This document shows positions 19,385-28,818 of a stretch of 64,000 nt of DNA, piece after piece; the stretch's first letter is position 1, and every line of letters starts with the position of its first letter. Under the pieces are notes generated by a model. The model was not told the DNA's origin, did not search any database, and saw only the letters and a list, made by a program, of their open reading frames with translations. The DNA is from an uncultured virus (IMG/VR IMGVR_UViG_3300025402_000001) (taxonomy: Duplodnaviria > Heunggongvirae > Uroviricota > Caudoviricetes). The position numbers and the translations under genes were made by a program. The DNA lies in the IMG/VR virus record IMGVR_UViG_3300025402_000001; one strand, 5' to 3'.

Positions 19385-22300
19385 ATGGCACAAAGCGGCT
19401 ACACACCAATTTCAATTTATTATAGCGCAACAGCTACTAATGTCCCGTTAGCAGCAAACCTTACCAGTGGTGAGCTTGGCATTAACATTGCTGACGGTAA
19501 GTTGTACTACAAAGACAACGCCGGCACAGTTCAAGTTCTAGCCTCTAAAGCTGGTAATATCAACGTGTCCTCAATTAGTTTTGGTACAACAGGATTAACA
19601 CCAAGTACAACAACTACGGGTGCGGTAACTGTTGCGGGCACCTTGGTGGTATCAAACGGTGGTACTGGGCAAACAACTTTAGCTACGGGGTCAATAGGGT
19701 ATGGTCAAGGAACAAGTGCACATGCTGCCTTAGCAATTGGCACGGCGGGACAAGTACTAACGGTTAACAGCGGGGCCACAGCTCCACAGTGGGTAAATGC
19801 CTCGAGTATTATTGGAGGTGCTGGTGGCTCTAATACTCAAGTGCAGTACAACAGTTCTGGCGCTTTAGCTGGCTCTGCTAACCTTACATTTAATGGAACA
19901 ACTTTAACCTCAACAGGCTTTGCTGGTCCAATTAGTGGTGTAGTTACTTCTACATCCATAACAGATTCAGGTCTGACTTCTGGTCGTGTTACCTACGCTG
20001 GTACAGCAGGGCTATTGCAAGATTCTGCTAATCTTACGTTTAATGGCACTACATTAACTGCAAATACATTAAATTTAACTAATGCGCTTACTACTTCTTA
20101 TGGCGGTACTGGATTAACTTCATTTACTGCTGGTGATTTACCGTATTACAGTACAGGCACTGCATTATCTAAATTAGCAATTGGTACTAATGGCTATATT
20201 TTGCAGTCCAATGGTTCTGCTCCGACATGGGTATTAGCCTCTTCTGTAATCGGTGGTGCTGGCGGTTCAAACACCCAAGTTCAATACAATAGCTCTGGCT
20301 TATTGGCTGGTTCTGCTAACCTTACATTTAACGGCACAACACTTACTACAGCTAACGATGCCTCTATATCAGGTCTTACTGTTGGTAAGGGTGGTGGTAG
20401 TGTTAATAGTAATACTGCTGTTGGCGGTGGCGGTGCTTTAGCATTGAATACAACTGGTGCAAACAATGTAGCCGTTGGTTCTGGTGCTGGATACGCAAGT
20501 ACTACAGCCAACAATAATATTTCTATAGGTACAAACTCTGGCTCAACTGCTAATACTGGTTCAAATGTAAGCGTTGGTGTTGGTGCAAACCAATCTAATA
20601 CTGGTGGAAACAACACAGCTATTGGACATAATGCTTTAATATTTAATTCTACCGCATCTAATAACACCGCAGTAGGTTATCAAGCTGGTTACGCTAATAC
20701 AACAGGAACTATTGATGCTTTTGGTTCTTCTGCATTAGGCGCAAATACAACTGGCACAAGAAATGCGGCATTTGGTATTTTTGCATTACAAAGTAATACA
20801 ACTGGTGTAAGTAATACCTCAATGGGTCGTGCTTCATTAGCAACAAATACAACAGGTAATTACAATACTGCATTTGGTGACGCTGCTTTAAACGCAAACA
20901 CCACCGCATCTTCATGCTCCGCAGTGGGTTTTCAGTCTGGTTATAACAATACTACTGGGATTAATAATAACTTCTTTGGTTATCAAGCTGGTTTTAGTAA
21001 TACAGTAGGAAATGCAAATTCATTTTTTGGTCATGTGGCAGGATATTTCTCTACCGGGTCTAATAATGTGGGAATGGGTAGTCAAGCATTAGGAAACTCA
21101 GGAGCAGGTAACAGTAATACTGCTATAGGTGTTACAGCATTACAATTTACTACTGGCTCAAACAACACCGCTGTTGGTTATGGTTCTTTAGTTTCAAACA
21201 CCACCGCATCTAACAACACAGCAGTAGGTTATCAAGCCGCATACGCAAATACCACAGGCGCAAACATAAATGCTTTTGGTTACAAAGCCTTAACTGCAAA
21301 TACTACTGGCGGTCAAAACGATGCGTTTAGTTATAGTGCATTAGCTTCTAACACCACAGGCTCACAAAATGCGGCATTTGGTTTTACTTCTTTATTGCAA
21401 AACACCACAGGAAGCAACAATTCAGCTTTTGGTTATCAATCGCTTTACTCAAACACCACCGCTTCTAACAGCACTGCAGTAGGTTATCAAGCTGGGTATT
21501 CTGCTTCTGCTGGATGTTCAAATAATACATTTATTGGTTATCAAGCTGGTTATTCATCAATTACAAGTGGTTCTAATCAATTTTTTGGTTATTTAGCTGG
21601 TAGAGATGTTACTACTGGTTATTACCATACTATTATTGGTGCTTATAACGGCAATCAAGGCGGTCTAGACATCCGTACAGCAAATAACTACATTGTGTTA
21701 TCTGATGGTCAGGGTAATCCTAGAGGTATTTTTGATGGTAGTGGTAATTTTGGAATTGGTACTACTAGTCCAGGAGTTAAATTAGATGTTACTGGCACAA
21801 TAAGAGCAAGTCAATCTTTAGTTTTTGGCTCAAATGGAACTACAGGAGCAGGAAGTATTTATTCCGATTCAAATTGGGGATGTCTTATTACTGCTAAACA
21901 AACATCTCCAGCTTTAGCAGATTTTATGTGGCAAAGTGCTTCTTCTGTAGAGCGGATGCGTATTGACTCTAATGGTCAATTATTGATTGGAACTACATCA
22001 ACTGGTTCTTCAATTCCAAATGGTTTTTGTTTTGGTGTACCTGGTGGTGCTTCCGCAATAAATATTGGTCACCCAAATGCTACTCCTAGCGGATATAACT
22101 ATGTAACATTTGCCTATAATTCAAGTCAAATTGGTTCTATTACTCAAGCTGGCACAACTGGTGTTCTTTATAATGTAACTTCAGATTATCGTTTAAAAAA
22201 TGATGTAACACCAATTCAAAATGCTTTAAATATTGTAGAAGCACTTAATCCAGTTAGTTTTACTTGGGTAGATGGCAGACCTGATGATGGTTTTATTGCT

Positions 22301-22480
22301 CACGAACTACAAGCCGTATTACCTAATTGCGTAACTGGCGAAAAAGATGCTGTAAACGAAGATGGAACACCTCATTACCAACAAATGGATAATAGCGGTG
22401 TGATTCCATTTTTGGTTAAAGCTATTCAAGAACTAAACGCTAAAGTAACTGCACTTGAAGCACAATTAGGAGCTAAATAA
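19385..22480 (+). CDS. tail fibre/spike with beta-roll repeats and C-terminal intramolecular chaperone (peptidase S74)
   Basis: many NTAVGYQA repeats; TSDYRLK..GFIAHELQ..LVKAIQEL. Confidence 0.88.
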   Translation: MAQSGYTPISIYYSATATNVPLAANLTSGELGINIADGKLYYKDNAGTVQVLASKAGNINVSSISFGTTGLTPSTTTTGAVTVAGTLVVSNGGTGQTTLATGSIGYGQGTSAHAALAIGTAGQVLTVNSGATAPQWVNASSIIGGAGGSNTQVQYNSSGALAGSANLTFNGTTLTSTGFAGPISGVVTSTSITDSGLTSGRVTYAGTAGLLQDSANLTFNGTTLTANTLNLTNALTTSYGGTGLTSFTAGDLPYYSTGTALSKLAIGTNGYILQSNGSAPTWVLASSVIGGAGGSNTQVQYNSSGLLAGSANLTFNGTTLTTANDASISGLTVGKGGGSVNSNTAVGGGGALALNTTGANNVAVGSGAGYASTTANNNISIGTNSGSTANTGSNVSVGVGANQSNTGGNNTAIGHNALIFNSTASNNTAVGYQAGYANTTGTIDAFGSSALGANTTGTRNAAFGIFALQSNTTGVSNTSMGRASLATNTTGNYNTAFGDAALNANTTASSCSAVGFQSGYNNTTGINNNFFGYQAGFSNTVGNANSFFGHVAGYFSTGSNNVGMGSQALGNSGAGNSNTAIGVTALQFTTGSNNTAVGYGSLVSNTTASNNTAVGYQAAYANTTGANINAFGYKALTANTTGGQNDAFSYSALASNTTGSQNAAFGFTSLLQNTTGSNNSAFGYQSLYSNTTASNSTAVGYQAGYSASAGCSNNTFIGYQAGYSSITSGSNQFFGYLAGRDVTTGYYHTIIGAYNGNQGGLDIRTANNYIVLSDGQGNPRGIFDGSGNFGIGTTSPGVKLDVTGTIRASQSLVFGSNGTTGAGSIYSDSNWGCLITAKQTSPALADFMWQSASSVERMRIDSNGQLLIGTTSTGSSIPNGFCFGVPGGASAINIGHPNATPSGYNYVTFAYNSSQIGSITQAGTTGVLYNVTSDYRLKNDVTPIQNALNIVEALNPVSFTWVDGRPDDGFIAHELQAVLPNCVTGEKDAVNEDGTPHYQQMDNSGVIPFLVKAIQELNAKVTALEAQLGAK

Positions 22481-22791
22481 TGTTTACATGGAATATAGTA
22501 CAGATGGACAGACTTACTTCTGACGGCTTTGTAGTTACTGTTCATTACACAGTAAACGCAGTAGATGGTGAATTTACTGCTTCAACTTACGGCACAGTAG
22601 GCTACACACAAGAAGATAAAGCGTATATCCCTTACGCTGACTTGACTGAAGCTGAAGTCGTTGGCTGGGTACAAGAGTCACTTGGTAAAGATACAGTAGA
22701 GGCGAGTCTGACTGCACAGATTGAAGCACAAAAGAATTCTGTACAAGAAGCTGGATTACCTTGGGTTTCAGATACAACATTGCCAGCATAA
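22480..22791 (+). CDS. fibre-associated small protein
   Basis: coupled ORF with IPYADLTE..V.GWV..GLPW pattern. Confidence 0.7.
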   Translation: MFTWNIVQMDRLTSDGFVVTVHYTVNAVDGEFTASTYGTVGYTQEDKAYIPYADLTEAEVVGWVQESLGKDTVEASLTAQIEAQKNSVQEAGLPWVSDTTLPA

Positions 22792-22824
22792 GTTTTATAA
22801 CCGCAGTACAACTAGGAGAATGAA

Positions 22825-23061
22825 ATGAGCGAAAACACGAAAAAAACTCAAATCACCATCAATGATGTAAGTTACAACTTTGAAGATTTAACAGTAGAGC
22901 AACAAACGCTGTTTAATCATTGCGTAGACCTTGACCGCAAAATTGGCAGCGCAGCATTTAACCTTGACCAGCTCAATGTAGGCAAGAATGCCTTCATCAA
23001 GTTGCTAGAAGATTCACTAGCGGCCCCGGTTGAAAAAGCCGAAGTGGAAGTACTTCAATAA
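22825..23061 (+). CDS. small coiled-coil protein (possible fibre chaperone)
   Basis: ORF with AGGAG RBS after the fibre genes. Confidence 0.65.
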   Translation: MSENTKKTQITINDVSYNFEDLTVEQQTLFNHCVDLDRKIGSAAFNLDQLNVGKNAFIKLLEDSLAAPVEKAEVEVLQ

Positions 23062-23100
23062 AAACCTTGGCGGCCTAACCCGCCGCCAACTTACATAAGA

Positions 23101-23340
23101 ATGATAATGGACTTCCAGTCAATGATGAACTTTATCCTACCTACCGCCTGCACTGTGCTGGGCTGGTTTTGTAGGGAGCTTTGGACCGCGGTTCAAGAAC
23201 TCAAGAATGACGTGGCCAAGCTGCGCGAAGAGCTTCCAACCCATTATGTCAGCAAAGATGACTTTAATGACAGATGGTATGAAGTTCTCAAATCGTTACA
23301 CCGGATTGAGGACAAGCTAGACGGTAAGGCTGACAAATGA
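23101..23340 (+). CDS. membrane-anchored coiled-coil protein (holin/antiholin-like)
   Basis: N-terminal TM segment, RIEDKLDGKADK tail, lysis-module position. Confidence 0.6.
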   Translation: MIMDFQSMMNFILPTACTVLGWFCRELWTAVQELKNDVAKLREELPTHYVSKDDFNDRWYEVLKSLHRIEDKLDGKADK

Positions 23341-23528
23341 GAAAGCAGATCCACAAGTCTAAGACTATGTGGTTCTCTTTCGCTTTGGTTGTCTTTGGCG
23401 CGCTGATGGATAACTTCTCCAGCCTACAAAACGTCATTGATGAGAAATACTATGGTATCATTCTTGTTGCCATCGGCATCATTGTAGCAGCGCTGCGCTT
23501 TGTAACTACAGAAGGCGTAGACCAATAA
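23337..23528 (+). CDS. putative holin
   Basis: KSKTMW start, two TM segments, LRFVTT end. Confidence 0.65.
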   Translation: MRKQIHKSKTMWFSFALVVFGALMDNFSSLQNVIDEKYYGIILVAIGIIVAALRFVTTEGVDQ

Positions 23529-23938
23529 TGTTCCCACTATCGGCACTCACTTATGTTAAGTTGGCAGCAGGAGCTCTTATTTTACTTGGCAGCATTTGGT
23601 TTGGCTGGCATCTACGGGATGTGGACTTCCAGTCGTACAAAGCCAAACAGGCTATTGAGACACAAAAGCTCCAAGAAGCGCACCAAGCGTCCGCCGACAG
23701 AATAGAAAGTGAAAAGAATGCTCAAATCCGTGATATTAATACTAAGCTCGTTGATGCTATTAGCGAGCTGCGTAGCCGTCCCAGTCGCGCCCAAGCCACC
23801 GGCACTGGATCGTGTGGAACTGGGGCAACCCTTTATGCCGACGATGCAGAGTTTCTTGTCAGGGAAGCTGCCAGAGCAGACATTATCCGTACCGGCCTTG
23901 CAGCCTGCTACGACCAGTACGACGCGCTAAATAAATAA
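23528..23938 (+). CDS. i-spanin (Rz-like)
   Basis: N-terminal TM, coiled coil, ARAD..L.AC..QY end. Confidence 0.75.
   Translation: MFPLSALTYVKLAAGALILLGSIWFGWHLRDVDFQSYKAKQAIETQKLQEAHQASADRIESEKNAQIRDINTKLVDAISELRSRPSRAQATGTGSCGTGATLYADDAEFLVREAARADIIRTGLAACYDQYDALNK
23718..23930 (+). CDS. o-spanin (Rz1-like lipoprotein) embedded in +1 frame
   Basis: signal peptide with lipobox LLASC, Pro-rich mature part, fully inside the i-spanin gene. Confidence 0.75.
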   Translation: MLKSVILILSSLMLLASCVAVPVAPKPPALDRVELGQPFMPTMQSFLSGKLPEQTLSVPALQPATTSTTR

Positions 23939-23981
23939 TAAACCCCAATTTGCATTAATATATGCAGAGTAAGGAGCATGA

Positions 23982-24500
23982 ATGAAAAAGCTATTAGTAG
24001 TACTGATGTGGGTAGTTGGCATATTTGCAGCGATCCACTTCACAGACAGGTACACCCAGATTGAAGAGAACATCATGGCCATCGCTAAATCCACACTAGA
24101 CTTTATCACCAAGGAGGAAGGTGCCCGTAACAAGGCCTATAAGGACTCTAAGGGCCTATGGACCATCGGAGTTGGGCATCTCATCAAGTCCGACGAGCAG
24201 CACCTCATCACCGCGACCCTAACAGATGAACAGGTACAAGAGCTTCTGAGAAGCGATTTAAGGTGGTGTAGCGAGGCCGTAGAGAGATCGGTGAGGGTCA
24301 GCCTTACCCAGGGTCAATTCGACGCCCTGTACAGCCTATGCTTTAATATCGGTGAGACAAATTTTAAGAAATCCACAGTGGTCAAGAAGATCAACGAAAA
24401 TGACCTACAGGGTGCAGCTGACGCCATACTGATGTGGAACAAACCAGATGTGCTTATAAATCGTAGAAAGCGCGAAAGAGCGCTATTCTTAGGGGCGTAA
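23982..24500 (+). CDS. GH24 endolysin with N-terminal hydrophobic (SAR/signal-like) segment
   Basis: EEG..AYKDSKGLWTIGVGH E-D-T triad, QFDALYSLCFNIG, RR..ERALF; promoter motif at 23951-23961. Confidence 0.9.
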   Translation: MKKLLVVLMWVVGIFAAIHFTDRYTQIEENIMAIAKSTLDFITKEEGARNKAYKDSKGLWTIGVGHLIKSDEQHLITATLTDEQVQELLRSDLRWCSEAVERSVRVSLTQGQFDALYSLCFNIGETNFKKSTVVKKINENDLQGAADAILMWNKPDVLINRRKRERALFLGA

Positions 24501-24524
24501 ATAGCCTGTTTTTTGCATTAATAT
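24492..24524 (+). promoter_or_regulatory. phage promoter motif
   Basis: GGGGCGT-N15-TGCATTAATAT. Confidence 0.8.
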
Positions 24525-24561
24525 AAGTAGGACTACTCAACCAATCACTCAAGGAATTACC

Positions 24562-25182
24562 ATGGACGGCTTTAAAACATTACCAAGATACAAAGCTGGT
24601 GGACTAGTCAAGACACCAGTAACCGGCGACAAAAAGGCTGCAGCACCATCTAAGGCCGTAGCAAAGCCAGCCTTTAAGGGCAGCGACGTAGCTAAAGAAA
24701 AAAGCAAGCCCGCAGGTCATAAAGACCCGTACATCAAGTCTAAAGAGTCAGGTAAAACCGCAGACTTTCCAAGCGCCGCTGTAAAGGGCCGTAAGGCAAA
24801 AGCTACTGGCACCGTGAGCAAATTCAAGTGTGGTGGTAAGATTGTTAAAAAAGCTGATGGTGGCATCATGGACGCTATTGGTGGTGTTGGTACACAGCTT
24901 AAGAACAACGTTATGGGAACACCAGAGCAGAATCGTATCGCTCAGGCCCAAATGGACAAAGTAAAGGCACGTAAAGCCGCTCAAGCTGCAGCTTTAATGC
25001 AAGGCCAAGGTGGTGCTAGTGCACTACAACAAGGTGCTCTAGCTGGTGGTTTAGGTGGTGCAGCACCAGCACCAGCACCAGCACCAGCACCAGCACCAGC
25101 AATGCAAGCTCCGGGCGGTGTAAGCCCAGCTGGCCCTGTACCTACCCAGAAAAAGGGCGGCAAAGTAAAAGGCAAGTGCTAA
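24562..25182 (+). CDS. basic low-complexity protein with repeated xKxGG/xAxGG motifs
   Basis: YKAGG, FKCGG, KADGG, KKGGKV; PA repeat. Confidence 0.7.
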   Translation: MDGFKTLPRYKAGGLVKTPVTGDKKAAAPSKAVAKPAFKGSDVAKEKSKPAGHKDPYIKSKESGKTADFPSAAVKGRKAKATGTVSKFKCGGKIVKKADGGIMDAIGGVGTQLKNNVMGTPEQNRIAQAQMDKVKARKAAQAAALMQGQGGASALQQGALAGGLGGAAPAPAPAPAPAPAMQAPGGVSPAGPVPTQKKGGKVKGKC

Positions 25183-25183
25183 T

Positions 25184-25351
25184 ATGCCAATTAATTCAAA
25201 AGCCCAACAGGGCGCTATGTACGCCGCGGCCGCTGGCAAATCAACCCTTGGCATCCCTAAGAAGGTTGCCAAGGAGTTTATTAAGGCAGGGCCTGCGTCA
25301 AGCAAATTACCAAACAAAGTAACCAAGCGAGCAGCCGGAAGAGGGCGTTAA
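25184..25351 (+). CDS. small basic protein MPINSKAQQGAMYAAA...
   Basis: hand-translated 55-aa ORF filling the gap exactly. Confidence 0.65.
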   Translation: MPINSKAQQGAMYAAAAGKSTLGIPKKVAKEFIKAGPASSKLPNKVTKRAAGRGR

Positions 25352-25352
25352 T

Positions 25353-26420
25353 ATGGCGTACAGTGGAACCACTGGAAATACAACAGTCAACGTTGATCAA
25401 CTGATCTCCTTTGCGTTTCGTGACGCCGGTAAGACCGCTGAGGAGATGACCCCGGAGCTTATTGGTGCCGCCAAGCAGGCATTGTTTTACAATCTTCAAA
25501 ACCTATCTAACCTCGGTGTTAATCTTTGGTTGTTGGAGAACATGCTCGTTGGCGCCGTAACGGCCCAGCAACAGTTAGTCCTACCTAAGACAGTGATTGA
25601 TGTACGAGAATCAAACTGGGTCTACATTATCAACCAGGCAGCCTCTGAGTACTTGCCTATTAGTAATCCAGATTCACCTGCAGTATTTGATCAAAACCTG
25701 TCCTTGGTTTCTACCTCCACAGTTGGTGCTAACTATTTTGGTCTTCAGTACCAATCAGCACAGCCTGTCTACTACGTTGGGTTTAATGGCTACGCAGTAG
25801 GTACTGGCACAACAACATATAACTTTGCCTATGAGACCAGCGAAGATGGAATCACTTGGACAACAGTAAAGCAACTACCGACTACAACACTCTCAGATAA
25901 AGAGTGGGCCTACTTTAACATCACCACAACACCAACGCACCTTTACTACAGGCTGCGTGAAACGGTTGCACCTACGTTCTCTATACGTCAAATCGTATTC
26001 TCTACGAGCCAGCAAGTCATTCCACTCGCCCGTTTAAATCGCGATGACTACTGGAATCTCCCAAATAAACAGTTCCCTAGCCAGCGCTCATTGCAGTATT
26101 GGTTTGATAGGACCATTGAGCCCTCGATGTACATCTGGCCAGTGCCCAATAACTCGTTTCAAATGTTTCAGTTAATTGTTGAGGTTCAAATGCAAGATGT
26201 AGGATCTTTGACAAATCAGATTTACGTACCTGACCGATGGATTAATTGTGTTCAAAAACAATTATCACATTCTATGTCTTTACAACTACCCGGTGTAGAT
26301 TTGCAACGTGTTCAATATCTAGAAGCTCAAGCACAAAAAGCATTCCTACAAGCCAGCGAGGAAGACAGGGACAAATCACCTATCTATTTCCAACCCAACA
26401 TCAGCTATTATACAAGATGA
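25353..26420 (+). CDS. head-tail adaptor/tail tubular-type protein
   Basis: LNRDDYWNLPNK..YWFDR..IWPVP pattern; tail-module position. Confidence 0.65.
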   Translation: MAYSGTTGNTTVNVDQLISFAFRDAGKTAEEMTPELIGAAKQALFYNLQNLSNLGVNLWLLENMLVGAVTAQQQLVLPKTVIDVRESNWVYIINQAASEYLPISNPDSPAVFDQNLSLVSTSTVGANYFGLQYQSAQPVYYVGFNGYAVGTGTTTYNFAYETSEDGITWTTVKQLPTTTLSDKEWAYFNITTTPTHLYYRLRETVAPTFSIRQIVFSTSQQVIPLARLNRDDYWNLPNKQFPSQRSLQYWFDRTIEPSMYIWPVPNNSFQMFQLIVEVQMQDVGSLTNQIYVPDRWINCVQKQLSHSMSLQLPGVDLQRVQYLEAQAQKAFLQASEEDRDKSPIYFQPNISYYTR

Positions 26421-26941
26421 ATACATCAGTATATTGGATACACCACAAAGACCATACAGATATATTTAGTCAAGGCTATGTTGGTGTATCTAAAAATTGC
26501 GAAGAAAGATGGAAGTCACATGCTTCCGGTGAGACAAACACTCATTTAAAAAACGCAATTTTAAAATATGGCTGGAATATGTTAGTTAAAGAAATTGTAT
26601 TAATTGCAGATTCGGACTACTGTTTTACTATTGAAAATATGTTACGCCATAAAGAAAAAACAGGTTGGAATATATGTGTTGGTGGTGGAAATCCTCCAAG
26701 TAATTTAGGTAAAAAAAGACCAAATCATGCAGCTAAATTGCTAGGGAAAAAACGTCCAGAACACGCAAAACACATGCTTGGAAAAAACAACCCGGGGGCA
26801 GTTACCATAAAATTTGAAAATAAAGTTTTTGATACAATAAAAGATTTATCACAATTTTTAAACAAAAACTATATGACAACATATAACAGAGTTATGCAGA
26901 ATCCAAAACGTTGGGGTTACGAGGTAATTAAATGTCAGTAA
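26417..26941 (+). CDS. GIY-YIG homing endonuclease (paralog of 15029)
   Basis: VYWIHHKDH..QGYVGVS..KYGWN.LVK shared with the 15029 ORF. Confidence 0.85.
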   Translation: MNTSVYWIHHKDHTDIFSQGYVGVSKNCEERWKSHASGETNTHLKNAILKYGWNMLVKEIVLIADSDYCFTIENMLRHKEKTGWNICVGGGNPPSNLGKKRPNHAAKLLGKKRPEHAKHMLGKNNPGAVTIKFENKVFDTIKDLSQFLNKNYMTTYNRVMQNPKRWGYEVIKCQ

Positions 26942-27546
26942 TAATGTCGTACGACAGCCTTGTGCTGAATATCCAGCAGTACATGGAACGAAATGACCCT
27001 GACTTCATTGCGCAGATACCCAATCTGATTGCGCTGGCAGAGTCATCAATTGCTGCAGAGCTTAAGACCTACCTACAATTGATTGTGGTAGAGACCAATC
27101 TTGCACAGAACCAAACTGTTCTGAACAAGCCAGCACGCTGGAGAAAAACTGTCTCTATGAAGGTCAACGGGCAGCCAGTCTTACTACGCAGCCAGGACTA
27201 TGTGGCCCAGTACTTATCTGAGTCATCGGCAGGCAAGCCAGTATACTACGCGGACTATGACTACAGCAACTGGAACTTTGCCCCACAGCCAGATACAAGC
27301 TATCCTGTAGAAATTATTTACTATGCAGAGGTTCAACCATTAGATTCTTCTAATCAACAAAACCTATGGACAGCTATCGCACCACAGGCGATGTTATACG
27401 GGGCCTTGTTGCAAGCACAGGGTTACTTAAAGGCTATTGACAAGCTGCCCGTGTGGAAACAATTCTACACAGACGCCGTTGGCGCACTGAAAAAAGAAGA
27501 CAATTCACGTCGCATAGACCGCAACACAACCATTCAAGAGCCTTAA
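26932..27546 (+). CDS. tail adaptor/tubular protein A-like
   Basis: 204 aa, IPNLIALAE..FAPQPD..LYGAL pattern. Confidence 0.65.
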   Translation: MSVIMSYDSLVLNIQQYMERNDPDFIAQIPNLIALAESSIAAELKTYLQLIVVETNLAQNQTVLNKPARWRKTVSMKVNGQPVLLRSQDYVAQYLSESSAGKPVYYADYDYSNWNFAPQPDTSYPVEIIYYAEVQPLDSSNQQNLWTAIAPQAMLYGALLQAQGYLKAIDKLPVWKQFYTDAVGALKKEDNSRRIDRNTTIQEP

Positions 27547-27549
27547 TAT

Positions 27550-28818
27550 ATGACCACTCCAGTATACGTCTCGCCGTTCACAGGGACAGCTGTAACACCA
27601 ACTGATGTCTCATACCTCGCGCTGCCTTTTAGCACAAACCAGACACTAAACTGGCCATCAACTGTCAATGGTGCCGAGGTTGTTGCTGCTCGTATTATTG
27701 ACTGTACAGCATCAACATCTGGCCTATCCATTGCGTTGCCACAAGGCAATCAGGGAACACTGGGCTCAGACATCCTATTCCGCAACTTAGGCGCTTTTTC
27801 TTTCTTAGTTACAGACTACACCAGTGGTGCGTCATTTACTGTTCCCGTCGGTATCTCTAAGTATGTGTACCTCGTAGATAACACAACAGCCGCCGGTGTC
27901 TGGAACAACGTTACCTTCGCGGCGGGCACCTCTGTCGCCGACGCGGCCTCATTGGCTGGTGCAGGGCTGACAACAGTCGGTGGGCAACTAGCCACCACTC
28001 AAAACCTAGTAGATGTTACATCTTCTCCAGTCATTAATGATCTTAGCCGCGCTGCTACGTTTGTATGGAATGGCGGCGCTGGAACATTTAATTTACCAAT
28101 ATTTTCCAGTCTATCTGCCGGCTGGTTCATTGGATTTAGAAATAATGGCTCTGGCTCACTCACAATTAGCCCAGTATCCCCATCATTAATCAATGGTCAG
28201 TCATCCATCATTGCAAACCCTGGCGACTCTGGGTTTATTATGTATGACTCCGCAAGCAATGGATTTATTACTGTCGGCTTCCTTACTGCACCAAACGTAA
28301 CCTTCACAGCGGCATCCTACGATGTGGATACCATTGTAGGTAATACACTGAGCCTGGTATCCTTTGCACCAGTTATTCAGACATACATTGCGCAGTCTGG
28401 CACACGGACACAGACACTAGCCGTTACACTACCAGCAATTACCCAGATTTATATTTTGGTTAATAATACTAACCAGCTCGGGTATAACATTACGTTCCAG
28501 AATCAAGGCACAAGTCAGCCACCGTTCGTATTAACGGCGGGTAGTATTGTTACAATGTTAAGTGATGGTGTAAACTTATACCCACTGACAACGGGCTCTA
28601 CTGGTTTGTTTTATGCAACAAATGGAACCGCAGGACTACCTTCATTTTCGTTTAATAACGACACTCACACGGGCATGTATCTAGTAGGTACCAGTATACT
28701 TGGACTATCAGCAAATTCAACACAGTTAGTTAGTATTGATAATACCAACCCATCACAGCCCCTAGTAACAGTAAACGCGAGGCTGACAGCACAACTCATT
28801 AGCGGCGGTGCGTTCTAA
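27550..28818 (+). CDS. tail structural protein
   Basis: 422-aa beta-rich ORF in the tail module. Confidence 0.65.
   Translation: MTTPVYVSPFTGTAVTPTDVSYLALPFSTNQTLNWPSTVNGAEVVAARIIDCTASTSGLSIALPQGNQGTLGSDILFRNLGAFSFLVTDYTSGASFTVPVGISKYVYLVDNTTAAGVWNNVTFAAGTSVADAASLAGAGLTTVGGQLATTQNLVDVTSSPVINDLSRAATFVWNGGAGTFNLPIFSSLSAGWFIGFRNNGSGSLTISPVSPSLINGQSSIIANPGDSGFIMYDSASNGFITVGFLTAPNVTFTAASYDVDTIVGNTLSLVSFAPVIQTYIAQSGTRTQTLAVTLPAITQIYILVNNTNQLGYNITFQNQGTSQPPFVLTAGSIVTMLSDGVNLYPLTTGSTGLFYATNGTAGLPSFSFNNDTHTGMYLVGTSILGLSANSTQLVSIDNTNPSQPLVTVNARLTAQLISGGAF

Noticed and set aside
19385..22480. Diversity-generating retroelement acting on the fibre
   Set aside because: No reverse transcriptase and no adenine-specific TR/VR pair seen
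5483..26941. Group I introns hosting the endonucleases
   Set aside because: Flanking genes look intact and coupled, leaving no room for intron core sequence
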